A stretch of 39,035 nucleotides of DNA from Vermamoeba vermiformis. Taxonomy: Eukaryota. Location of the stretch: the NCBI GenBank assembly GCA_045837725.1, contig JBEWZL010000284.1, positions 62,001-101,035 on the forward strand, read 5' to 3'. The notes beneath the pieces were generated by a model. It did no database searches. It was not told where the DNA came from and was given only the letters and a program-made list of their open reading frames with translations. This document shows positions 24,240-36,198 of this stretch, in pieces. Each line of letters starts with the position of its first letter. Position 1 is the first letter of the stretch. The translations under genes were made by a program, and so were the position numbers.

Positions 24240-27123
24240 ATGAAGAAGTTTTTATTAACTCTGTGCATCTCACTGCTACTCATTGGTGCGATAAGAACGC
24301 ACCCTCTGTGCGTCAATGGTGATGGCCCTGCTAAGGTAAGTCGAATACTTACTCTAAAAACACGATCAAGCGCTAACAACATTTTAACTTCTAGCCCGCG
24401 ACACCACTCGAACTCTGCACTGATTACAACGACGCAGGTTGCTGCACTATAGACACTGAAGCTACTATTAAAACTGAACTAGCCAATATTGGCGTCGCTG
24501 CAGGCGAATGCCGCACTCTTCTTCAACAGATTCTCTGCTCGAGATGGTACGATCGGATTTGTTCTGTAATCTCCGTTGAATTTTATTAATATAATTCTTT
24601 AGTGATCCTTGGGCTGCGCATTTGTTTGGTAGGCATAGCAAGCTGGTTTGTATGAGTTTAAGACTAACTTTTTGCAACAGATGCCGAGTCTGGCAACGGT
24701 GTTCGTGAAGCCCCTTTTCTTTGCACCGATTATTGCGGAAAGTTATGGAACGCTTGCCAAAATGTAGTCATCAACGCTAACCCATTCGATGATCAAAAGC
24801 GCTCAATCTCTTTGAGTACGTAAAGATTCAACGGAATAACTTTGCTGGATCCGATCCCTAATAATTTTATTCTTAGACGAACTTTACTCCTCTCAAAATG
24901 CTTTCTGCGCCGCTTATAAGACTAATTCTGGCCAATACTGCTATTCTGGCACCCCTTTCGTCCCTACCGTCATTACTGACAGCAATTTCACTGAAACGGT
25001 AATTTAACTAATTTGCAATTTTTTTAAACTGACGCTAATATGGCTTGATATTAGGTTTGCGTTGAAAGAATATTGGATACTAAGACCTACCTCGTTATGG
25101 CCGTCACTCCTGTTGAAAAGGATAATCGTTTATTCCTCGGTACTCAGGTAAGTTTTTAACGGGATCTCATTTGAAATGATTTGCGGAATCAAAAAGATCA
25201 GAAAATATCTTACTTTTGTTAGTTTGGCAATATATATTAATGCAACCTCATACGTAGAGCGGTACAATCGATATCTACGACAAAGATACGCAAACAATCT
25301 CCGGAACTTTCTTGGATATTAGCGGCAAGACTTTTGTCAACGGAGAGACTGGCATGCACGGCTTGACTTTCCACCCCAACTACGAGACTAACGGCTTGTT
25401 CTATGTGGTACGTATATTGAAAAAATGACACCAAGTGCGCGATCCGGAGATCTGATACGATTTGTTTAGGTCTATTCTTGCCCTCCTAGCAACGCTAACT
25501 GCCAATGGAAATGTGATCGTGGATGTCCTTACGGCAATTGCAAAGCTGACGGCTACTGCGAGAACTTGTCGCACGTGCAGATCATTGAAGAGTACAAAGT
25601 TGATGGTGATTGGTCGTAAGTAACAAAAATATAGTCGTATTAGTATTATGATAGTAAATTAACGATATTATGCTATTTAGAGCCAACACAGCTGTTCCTA
25701 CCGCTGTTCGCAGAATCTTAGAGTATCCTCACCCTTACGCCAACCACAACGGAGGAGATGTGCATTTCGGTCCTGAAGACGGTTACCTCTACACTACTAC
25801 TGGTGATGGTGGCTATCAAGACGATCCTTTCTATTCTTCTCAAAATCTCAAGAGCCTTCTCGGCAAAGTTTTGCGCATTGACGTCAACAACAAACAAAAC
25901 GGTATGTATTCGATGACTATTATTCAAATAGTATTATATATCTAATATATATGATAGGCAAACAATACGCTATTCCTTCTGATAACCCGTTCGTCAACCA
26001 AGCTGACGCTTTGGGGGAGATCTGGGCCTATGGTTTGCGAAACCCTTACAGATTCTCGTTCGATAAGGTTACTGGCAAGATGTGGGTCGGCGACGTTGGT
26101 GGTGCGGTAAGTACTTTAATATGATATTCGAAATTAGAACTTTTGCTCAACTATCGCAAGATCTGGTCATCGTTTGGATCCGTTTATTAATGCTGAGCTG
26201 TAGGTTGTAGAAGAAGTGGATATTATTCAAAAGGGTGGTAACTACGGCTGGTCTCGCTACGAAGGAGTTGAAGTGCATCGCACTGACAAGCCTGACATTC
26301 CTGATCGCGTGCCTCCTACTATGGCATATTACAGAACTTTTATTGACCCTGCTTGCGTTATCGGTGGCTACGTCTATCGCTCATCGGTGAACCCTTGCTT
26401 GCAAGGCACTTACCTCTTCGCTGATTACTTTGGTGTTCTTCTGCAAGGCAAAGAAGTCGCTGACGGATCAGACGTTTGGAACATGTACAAAGTCAGCACC
26501 AAGTGCGCTTCTAGCTCTCCTAAGGCTTGCAGAACTCTTGATACTATATTCAGCTTCGGTCAGGATCGCAACGATGATATGTACATCTTGGCTAAAGACG
26601 TAAGTATCAAAATTGAAATCCAAATCCGGATTTAGATCAATCTAACGATTTAATTTTCTTAGGCGGTCTTCAAGATTGTAGACTCTAACAAATGCGGTCT
26701 TACTTGCACTGCTACTCCAGTTATCGAACAAAGTCCACCCGTTACTACGCAAACACCCATTACTGAACTCGCACCCACTGCCAGTACTCCTATTGTAAGT
26801 ACTCCCCCTATACCAGTCGTTCCCGTTGCGTCTCCAATAGTCGAACAAACACCTGTTACTGTTGTTATAACGCCTGTTACTGCTACTCCTGAATCGGTAC
26901 GAAAAAAAGTTGATCAAGTGCTGCTAACGTTTGAATGATGGAGTATTCAGAGGCGAATGGCTTAAGACTTTATATACATATATATATTACTATAATATGA
27001 TAGACAAATTTCTAACGCTTTTGTCCTTCTTAGGTTAACAATCAAGTCACCAGCAGTGGATCCGTTCTCGTCAACTCTCTTGCCTTTGTCGTCCTCGCCA
27101 TTGCAAGCATACTCATGCATTAA
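24240..27123 (+). CDS. HIPL1-like (Hedgehog-interacting-protein-like) protein: Cys-rich folate-receptor-like domain + glucose/sorbosone dehydrogenase beta-propeller + P/T stalk + probable GPI tail
   Basis: Signal peptide then HPLCVN, GCCT, CDPWAAHLFDAE, PFLCTDYC. Propeller motifs PYANHNGGDVHFGPEDGYLY..GDGG, LLGKVLRIDV, YAIPSDNPF, EIWAYGLRNPYRFSFD and EEVDIIQKGGNYGW. Final exon is hydrophobic (NSLAFVVLAIASILMH*). Confidence 0.9.
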
Positions 27124-27243
27124 AAATATTTATTTGTATATAACCGATTCAATATAAAACATTACAATTTTAATTTATTCCGCTTTCTACATTGTCGAGT
27201 AATCGTTTTTCATAAAATTAATTGTTTGGATCGAAAACAACAG

Positions 27244-30200
27244 ATGTTATCCTCGCTACTTAGGCGCTGTAGCGCTGTTGTTACTAAAGCGAGGACATCT
27301 ACACATGGCACGCTATTTGCAGTACGATCTCGGGTTCTACAGTCGAGAAGTTACACGACAAAAGTCAAATCTGCGAGAGCTGATCCTTCATCACCGGAAA
27401 AATCAAAAGACAATAAGCCAGTTAATTTATTAACCGACGAGCAGACTGATTTGTTGACGTTGTCTTCACCAAGTAAGATCATGGAATGAAAATAATTTAC
27501 AAAAATTCAAAATATAATATTAAGTCATTTAGACAGTATAAATATCATATAGTAAAATAATAGTAGCCATTAAAATAATTAATTATTTGATACAAAAATG
27601 TTCGGATCTGATCTTTTTAATAACTCGTTAATAAAACCTTGTATTATAGCTACACAGGCCCGACTCGTCGAATTATGTTCTCAATCAAAGCAATTTGATG
27701 TTATTAAGAAATTATTTATCGAGCTGTTGAGTGAAACCACGATGAAAGTGCATCTAATGAAATTATTAACCAAACTCGGCGAGATTGAAGTAGAGTACGT
27801 CAATAGTACGCTAAATATGATAAACCATATTAATATAATATATAGGAATGTAAAATATGACAAAGAAATTATTGAACTCGCCGACCTGGCCATTAAGCAA
27901 AGAAAATTGGCGCGAAAAGAAGCAGCATTAGTGTTATTAAAAATATTTTTATGGCGTGGACGTATGGATCACGTATTAGAGCTTTTGCAACAATTAGAAA
28001 GGATTGGTATGGCTTGAATATTTTGTTGAGCTCATCGACAACAGATCTGTTCTAATATTTCCTAATTAGGTATTACTATTACGGAGAGTTTGTATTATGA
28101 AGTACTAAGACTCGGATTGTACCAACAAAAATACGAGTTCATGAATATGACTTTCCAAGAGATGTTCAGCAAGGGTATAAAACCGACACCTCTGACCTAC
28201 TCCTTAATGGCCAGGTACGTTCATATTAATATATAGTAATATACTCGGCATCTATTATCATATTATGGCTTAAGTAGATACGCAGAAGTTTGTGACTTTG
28301 CTAATTTTTGGTCGTAAATAGGGGTTATGCAGCTGCTGGAAAAAAGGACCTGGCAGCAGTTCTCGTCGACAAAATTCAACTTTCAGACTACAATATCGAT
28401 ATTATTTACAATTTGATCTTCATGCATTGTTTAAACGGCGATACTTTCAAGGTAGATCCGATCCACGAAAATTCAAGATCAGTTCATGGTCCTAATTATT
28501 GACAATAGGCGATTAACTTGTTAGACGTCCTCTTAAAGCACCCTGGATCCGTAACAGAAAAAGAAGAAGTCAAGGTCTGGAAAGCAATCTTTTTGTCCTT
28601 CAGAAATGTTCGTCCACCAATGGACGTCGTGAACGATGTCGTGAAAATGGCTGAAACGAGAAATTTCAAGTACATGGATGAGATCTATCTTAGTGTCATT
28701 CGCTCATTACCTGATGTAAAATACGTGGAGGAGTTTGTGCATTCATTGAAGAAACGTAAGTCAACAGGATCCAAATCCTAATTGACGGGTAATTTTAACA
28801 CGATATTTCCTTATTAGGCAAGGCGAAGATTCCTTCAACTGTATGGATGGAATTGATTACTATGCAATCTCAACGTGGATTCTATAACGCTGTAAGTGCT
28901 AATATCAACTCGACTTTTTCGCTTCAAAAAAATAAACTAACGAATACTACCAGGCGTTGTTTTCTTGGAAAGAAATGCTGGAATACGGCAGCGAAGTAAC
29001 GAAAAAGAGGTGCGAGCAAATGATTGGTCTGGCTCAATATGTCAAACGAAGTGAAGCACGACATACCTTCCAACGGATGCGAGAGTTTGTGTTTGAACCG
29101 ATGAAAAAACTGCCAGAAGATCAACGACCTGATGCACATACCTATAATTTGATGATTAAGGCTGCGTTGCTGATGAAAAGACCTGCAAAGGCGTTAGAAC
29201 TGTGGGACGAAATTGACGCGCAAAAATTGCCGCTCGACACTGAAGAGAAAATGATTACGCGGAAAGAAGTTCTTGAAATTTCAGAACTGAAACAAAATTT
29301 TGAGAAAGATAGGAGGAAAAAGTAATTATTAGAACCTGGAGAACTTATTTTATTTAAATTTTTCTAATGTTTTTTTGGTTAGGATGGAAACGCTCAATCC
29401 ACTATCACGTGGTGTTAATTTCGATCGATCGGACGTCATTGTCATCGCTGAATTGATCCGTCATTACTTGAAAGAGTACAGCGATTCGAGCTCTGTGGCT
29501 GCTTGGTAAGCTTCCAGAGAAATAATAGTTTATTGAAGACGACGGTGTCACGTGACGATATCAAATCACGCGATAATTGCGCTAAATAATTGCAAAGATT
29601 TCGCTTTCGAGAATTTTTGGTCATTTTTTGTCTCCCTAGTCTGGAGCTAACGGCTCGTTTTTACAGGGATTCATTGCCACCTAAGAATCTGAACAAATAT
29701 TTCACATTGACTGAGCGACAAATTATTCAACAAAAAGGCATCGATTTGGATAACTTGCCGACAGCTTTTGATCGACAAACTGGTGGACCGGTCATTCAAT
29801 TCAGCAGTCAAAAGCAAGCGGAGGCTGATAAAGCTAGACTTGCTGAAGAAGAATTAAAAGAACGAGAGCAATTACAACGTAATTACGGTGAGGTGTTTGA
29901 TAAGGAAGATTTTGACGAGGTGTGGATGCTGGACGAAGCCAACGATGAAAATGAAAATGATAACGCTGCGACCTCGGAGGCTAAGCGACATCAAGAACCA
30001 CAGCAAAGTAACGAGGAAATTATTGCGAGGAATTCGGAGATCACTCCGGAATCGCGAAATTTCAACGGCGCCATTTTTTCTGCGGACAACAGTTGGCGAA
30101 GCTTTTTCTTCGTGTATAATAGATTAGTTGGCGAAGGATTCGGTTACACATTATCAGTACGTAGAGCAATATATAATCATAATGATCTAACTTTATTGCC

Positions 30201-30508
30201 TTATTTAGCAAGCCAAGCAAGACATGCGAATTAAGATGTTGGATCCGAACAACAAATTTTTCAAGTTTATCAAGGAACGAGTCACTGAAGTAGAATACAA
30301 GAATTTATTAGCAGTTTATCAAAGTTCTAGGAAATTCAAGAAGTACTCGGTCCATTGGAACAAGATTAATAGATCGCCCGAAGAAAGAGAATTAAACCGC
30401 GAAATCGCACGACAAAAGCGTGAAGCAAGTCTCAAGGCTAAAGACGAAAGATACAAAGCTAATCAAGAACGGCGCAGGTTAAAAGAAATGCAAGCAAACC
30501 AGCAATAA
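27244..30508 (+). CDS. Pentatricopeptide-repeat (PPR) protein with a mitochondrial-type presequence and a charged C-terminal extension
   Basis: Presequence-like MLSSLLRRCSAVVTKARTS. PPR-like motifs GIKPTPLTYSLMARGYAAAG and RPDAHTYNLMIKAALLMKRPAKALELWDEI. The apparent stop at 29325 overlaps a donor (AA|gtaatt). Exons 29383-29505, 29667-30156 and 30209-30508 continue in frame, so the ORFs at 28957, 29590 and 30224 are probably one gene. Confidence 0.75.
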
Positions 30509-30799
30509 TGATAAAAAGTTTTTCCGCAATTTTTTTTGAGATCCGATTTAAATTTTAGTTCTATTTACTGACGTTCCGAGGATAACGGCCTTAATAATAA
30601 GCTATCTAAACTGGTTGGCGAAATAATCCACAATAGACGAAATCGGCGGAATGACACGTGTCATTAGGCCTTGGATCACAAAAACAATTCCTGGTAAAAA
30701 AATTGCGCAAACAAACCATAAAACAGCGTTGCTTCATCATTCAGCATTACTCAACCCAAGAACACGACTCAAGCCGAAGCCTGGTCTGACAAGGAAACC

Positions 30800-32578
30800 A
30801 TGTCATCAAGGGTTTGTAAACCTGGCACGATTTGCCTGCAATTGGCTAAATACTAACCTCTTTCTATTTTCGCAGGGAAAAATAAGCAGGAAAAGAATCA
30901 GAGAGGATTTAGAAGAGCGCCAAAATAAAAAACAAAAAGTTGCCCACGGATCTACGACAGAAATTTTAATAAATATCTCAGATATCCCAGCTGAATGCCT
31001 AGAGCTTATATTGCAGGCCGTCCCCTTGGAATCCGCAGTTCCATTATTTTTTGTTTCCAAGAATTGGAGGGCTATTTATTGCGGCCTTTTATACCGTAAA
31101 ATCTCAACGGATTTAGGTAAATAACATTGAAAATATAGTCCGCATTAATCGGAATTATAGGGCTTCCTTTATCGAAGGCATTTTCTTTCCCCAACCAAGT
31201 GAAAAGAATTTACTCGAACCTGGGTACGTGCCACTTGCCTTCGTTGCTTTAAACTAATCCATTATACAGATATGTATGTACTATTGGAGCGTGCTATAGT
31301 TGCGGCAAAGGCAAGAGACTTCAATTCACTTTTGGATCTGTCCACACGTTTGCAAAAGTTATCGAACATGATCGTTTGTTTGGCGGACAACAAGAAGAAA
31401 AAAATGCATAAAAAGATTCGTACTTTGGTCGAGCAGCATTGTAAATCGCTGGTCTACACAGGTAATTTTTCTTGCAATGTGCGAACTGATCTGACTCGTA
31501 CAGGTTGGGAGTCAGAGGTTGGTGATGCTAATAGCGGTACAGATAGCTCTATTTCCAATGCAGAAGGTAGTTTTTCTATTACGTAACCATCGCTTACGTT
31601 TGAATAGAGACGATGTCTTTTTTCTGGTTCGGATCCCAGGGCCATTACATCCAAGCCAAGTGTCATGAGATTGTGGGCCATGATGATGAGCGGAGCTAGC
31701 GAAAACTGGATTATGTTTTTTCGTTGAAGAGCCTCAATAGTTCAACGACAAAGACGTTGAGCGTTACTGCGAAAGTAAACGATTGGGACGAGATCCATCC
31801 TTGGACGGACCAGAATGTGCGGCCAATCAAGAGATGGCTTGGTATATTCGGAGTACGCACCGTGGAGTTTGCTTTTATGTTCCCAAATATTGAACAAAGC
31901 GGTGAGAACTACAGGCAACACAGCAAACTTGCACAAAAGCGAAAATGGCACGGAGATATCGCAAGTGTTTTAGAGAGAGCATTTCGATTGTTTTTGAATA
32001 ACGAAACTGATTGGGCGAAAGAGATGGAGTTTGTAACGAACCGGATCAAAGTCAAATTGATACTTCTCGATAGGATTGAGGTACAAATATCTTTAGTAAC
32101 TTAATCGATGCTAATAATATACTCGTAGCAAGTTGATTTCTCATCGGAACTGGCACAGGACGAATTTTTAGCTTTGATTGAACGGGCGAAAATGAAGTGT
32201 ACGTCTTATTAGCCTCAATCGCTTGATTTACTATACAATAGTAACTATTCTTATTAGTGATGTTCTTTAGAAACGTCGAGTTCTATGTTCCAACCCAAGG
32301 TATCCTCCGAGATAATTCAGAGAATTTCATGTTAGTCTTCGCTAATCAAGGTTTGTTCTGGGAATTAATTGCTAAAGGCGTTTCTAATAATACCACTAGG
32401 AGAGGACAAAGTCAGACTTATTAGCAAAAGAGATGAAGAGGATGGCGGCAGCGTCGAATTGACTGATAATTCAAAGGAGAGCATTGATAACAAGACTTTC
32501 ATTGAGTTGTTGGATTTGAAGCACGTCACTGAGGACGACGTTGCCGCAGCATTGGTGGGTTCGAACCCTTCAATCTGA
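30800..32578 (+). CDS. F-box-like protein with a basic NLS-like N-terminus; in-frame TAG at 31697-31699 (possible pseudogene, read-through or sequence error)
   Basis: MSSR/GKISRKRIREDLEERQNKKQK then the F-box-like ISDIPAECLELILQAV..LFFVSKNWRAIY. The following exons splice in frame to TGA at 32578, apart from one internal TAG. Confidence 0.65.
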
Positions 32579-32699
32579 CGACAAAAAAACGCACGATTTT
32601 TTTTATGGAGCTTCTTGTTGTTTAGCACAAAATCTCAGTCACAAACATGGATCTCGCTAAAGCATAATATTATTTTACATAAACCAACCGAAACACCTT

Positions 32700-34434
32700 T
32701 TACAAAAATAAATTCAACAATACGAAAAGCAAACAAAACACCGTCGCTTGAGTGGCCGTTGCCTCGGAAGTTTGCGAGCTCGGGTTTCGAGCTCCAGTTG
32801 GCGGGTTAGATCCAGTCGGAGGTGTAACAGCGACTGGCGGCAAAGTCGCCAATGCAGCTTCAATGTCGTATCGAATGGAATTGATAAATTGTGCTGAGTC
32901 AGTGCCAGTTGAAACGGTCGTGCCAAACACACCGTAATAGTCCATCTTACGATCAAGCCACGCGTAAAATCCGAACGAGCCTAGCGTTGATCGGATGTAC
33001 ATGTCAGTCAAACACGAGTCTTTCCACGTCGTAGAATTGCATTCAATGTAGTGACCTAGCGCTGTAAATGAAAAAAAATATCTTAGTTACCACATTTTTT
33101 CACATTTTAGCTGAGTATTGGCAACGGGTAAGGCTGCAAATATTGATTAAAATGATTATTTTTGCTTACCGAATCGCCAGCCCAAGCCGGCCTCTTTAGC
33201 AGGAGAGTAACCAATCGTTGCGCTGCCAGTGTAATCTTGTTCCATGAGATCAATAGTTTCAGGATTCAGTGCTGTTTTCATGAACAACGCTCGGACAATC
33301 TTAGCGAAATCAGGCACGCTGGATGTCAATCCACCTAAGAGAGAACGTGTCACTTTGACACGTGTCAAACAGGGACTTTGAAGACTTACCAGCAATACCA
33401 GGATTGTTTCCTGTGGTTCCACCAACGTTGTATGCCGTGAAGACACCGAGAGGAGTCTTAACGTAGTTGTTGTAGAGCGTTGTCCAACTTTTGCCCGTTT
33501 TATTTTGAGCCAAGAAACCGAGCAATTGCAAGTGATTTCCTCTACGAGAAAAAATTTAGTAATTTAGTTAGGCACAAAAACCTTTTAAAAATATGGGTGT
33601 TACCCGTCATAAAATGTAGTTCCTGGTTCAGTTTGAACTCCTGAATCGTAAATACTCTTAGCGCAATCTTCTCTATTAACGATTTCATTAGATCCGCTAG
33701 AATAGCTCTTTAACCATTAATACTTACAGTTCCATATTTTTGTTGCTAAGGCACGCGTTATCAACGTTAAATCCGCTTTGAAAACTTAGCAGATGTTGCA
33801 CTGAAAAATCGATGTGGATGAGCGTGTTGTCGCGACGAAAATTAAATATAGGTCGTACCTGTGACACTAGTTCTATTATCAGCTGCATCCTTTGTCCACC
33901 AAGGAATAACGTCGGAAGGTTTCATCGATAAGGATAGCGTTCCCTATTAGGAAATGGTAAGCAAAGTCAGTACCATAAGCGGATCTGAAAAATGCTTGTA
34001 AATCTTTACCTCTTCAATTAGCTTCATAATTACAAGTGTGCTAGCCCATTTTGAAGCGCTAGCAATAACTAGCTGTGTGCCGTCGGTTATATCACCTAGA
34101 TCACGAAATTGATTTTGGTCAGTTAACGAAAATCACCGATCGCTGTAATATTACTGAAAATTACTTATAATATTAACGGACCTATGTAATATGTAAAATA
34201 AAGCAAGACCGCAGTGAATGAAAAATTAAAATTGATTTTTCATCGTATCTCATTCTAATTACCTTTAATAAATGAATAGACAGTTCCTCTGGCATCTCCT
34301 ACAATGACGTATGCTCTACTAACGGACGAGCCATTGATTTTATCCGATACAACTTTCCACAGCTCATCTGTGCTTTGAGCCGATGCAACGCTCGTCAACA
34401 CGAGCAATAATGATACTAAGAGTAGTTTATTCAT
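32700..34434 (-). CDS. Secreted, probably GPI-anchored serine beta-lactamase-family hydrolase (class C / PF00144-like)
   Basis: Signal peptide MNKLLLVSLLLVLTSVASA. SxxK motif IASASKW (~34049-34060), VTVQHLLSFQSG, EPGTTFYDGGNH, NPGIAGG, STLGSFGFYAWLDR. P/T stalk and hydrophobic C-terminus. Many short introns. Confidence 0.85.
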
Positions 34435-34455
34435 ATTTACGTGCAACTCTCTTGT

Positions 34456-34794
34456 TATTACCGGTTTAAATCAAAAAACGACCGGAAAAAATTATTATCT
34501 TTATAATTTATCTTTATCTTATAATGAGAATTTTGGACCACTAGAGCGCTTATTTATTGATCGAGGCCTACAGCCAGGGTAAATTCGGGTCGGGGAACAC
34601 GAATTCGACGGTATTTTTGCGAAATTCGGCGGATCAGGGTCGAATCGAGCAACTTTTTTCAATGAGCTCTCAGATCCGCCGCTTTTTGTGCGCATATTAT
34701 TTATTTAGTATTCTCCGATCATTTTACGGTGATAAAGATAATTGAATAAATTTGTTCATTTTTTCTGGTCGTTTTTTGATTTAAACCGGTAATA
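34456..34794. mobile_element. 339-bp MITE-like element or inverted duplication with 37-bp terminal inverted repeats (1 mismatch)
   Basis: 34456-34492 TATTACCGGTTTAAATCAAAAAACGACCGGAAAAAAT is the reverse complement of 34758-34794 except at one base. An inner pair TTATCTTTATC (~34508) / GATAAAGATAA (34731) extends the symmetry. The ends read TA...TA, and there is no coding capacity. The repeat is certain, but mobility is inferred. Confidence 0.6.
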
Positions 34795-34907
34795 TCGCCT
34801 TCCTGACAAACAATAAAAAGAAGATTTTGCAAGATTTTTTCTTTTCCCGCTTGAACTGCTACTGAAAATGCCAGAAGAGTTCATTTATTTATTCGCCCAA
34901 TTTCAAA

Positions 34908-35983
34908 ATGGCAGATAATGCGAGCCAACGAAGATTTGCTTTCACCGGATACCTCCAGATCGAAAAGATCTCGTTTACGGATTTGATCGAAGGAAATAAT
35001 AATGCAGCTCAAATTCTCAGCTCTAACATCGCTAACCATGGTTTTGCCGTAAGAATTACAACTAACAATAGCGATTGGAATTTTAACACAATTTTTTTCT
35101 GTCCAGATCGTTACACTCGATTTTAAAGACAAGACAACACTATTAAATGCCTACAATACTGCCAAAATATTCTTTTCATCAACTTCCAAAGACGAAAAAG
35201 ACAATCTACGCGTCTTATTTGAAGAGTTTGGATCTAACAAGGGCTTGGCGGGCTACAACAGTCCAACAGCAGCGAAGGTACGTCGATCACTCGCAGTATA
35301 ATTACATTAATGTTATTTTCTAGGAATTATTTCGAATTCGACGCGGTGTTGGTATGAAGTGGCCTAAATTGCCTGACTTTGAAAAGAACACTTTGGCCGC
35401 GTTTGATCTGCTAGAGCGCATTCTGAACACTTGTCTAAATAATTTACTATGGAAGTACGTGCTAATAATATTAACCCTATCTGTATACTAATGCTTCTCC
35501 GTGCAGCATTGACATTGATGCGGAACAACTTTTGGCTGACATTTGCGACACGAACGGTTCACTGAACGCGCGTCAAACTTTGTCAACGTCTCCTTTCGAC
35601 TTTTTTCATTATTTCAATACCGAACAAGCACAAGACGTCATCAACTGTCATGAACACGTGGATCCAGGTACATCCATTTTCGTTAACCTTGTCGAATTAT
35701 CGCTGATTGATCTCTTATAGGCCTTATGACAATCGTACCATGTGCTTTCACATCTGGCCTGGAGATTTTACATCCAGATATCAAACAGTGGCTTACGATA
35801 GAACGACACTGTTCACCGCTCGAAGACGTCATTGTGTTCGCTGATCAAGTGCTGCAAGATATTTCAAGAGGTGTATATCCTGCTGCTATTCATCGTGTTA
35901 ATAAGAACACTGCGAGCAGATTAAGTCTCGTGTATGAATTGAGACCTAAAGCTGGATTCGATGTGGCAAAATTTCTCGCTTAA
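34908..35983 (+). CDS. 2-oxoglutarate/Fe(II)-dependent dioxygenase (IPNS/DIOX-like superfamily)
   Basis: Five exons. N-terminal NHGFAIV..AKIFFS..EKD (DIOX_N-like), HxD motif CHEHVDPGLMTI, SGLEI, distal His in AAIHRV, RxS motif in SRLSLVYELRP. Confidence 0.9.
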
Positions 35984-36198
35984 ATTTCAACCAATCATGA
36001 CAAGCCTACGAAAAAGCCTCCCCAAGAAATGCTAGAGGCGGAGATTATGCCCATAAGAAGCTAACTTAATTGCTTCAAAAATTGCGTGGATCGATCTCAA
36101 AACTACGATCGTGCAAAGCCTTCGCTAGCTCTATAATAAGACCACAAAGGGAAATTTATGTTACAAAATAAACAATAAACCGCTTTCCTTATTAACAT

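Noticed and set aside
29590-30508. Separate gene downstream of the PPR gene
   Set aside because: Three consecutive phase-correct introns join it to the PPR reading frame.
8565-31699. TAG reassignment (alternative genetic code) suggested by two in-frame TAGs
   Set aside because: TAG ends at least four genes at sensible C-termini (8565, 11860, 14115, 16322), and conserved genes (CCT2, WNK, eIF3m) show no internal TAG.
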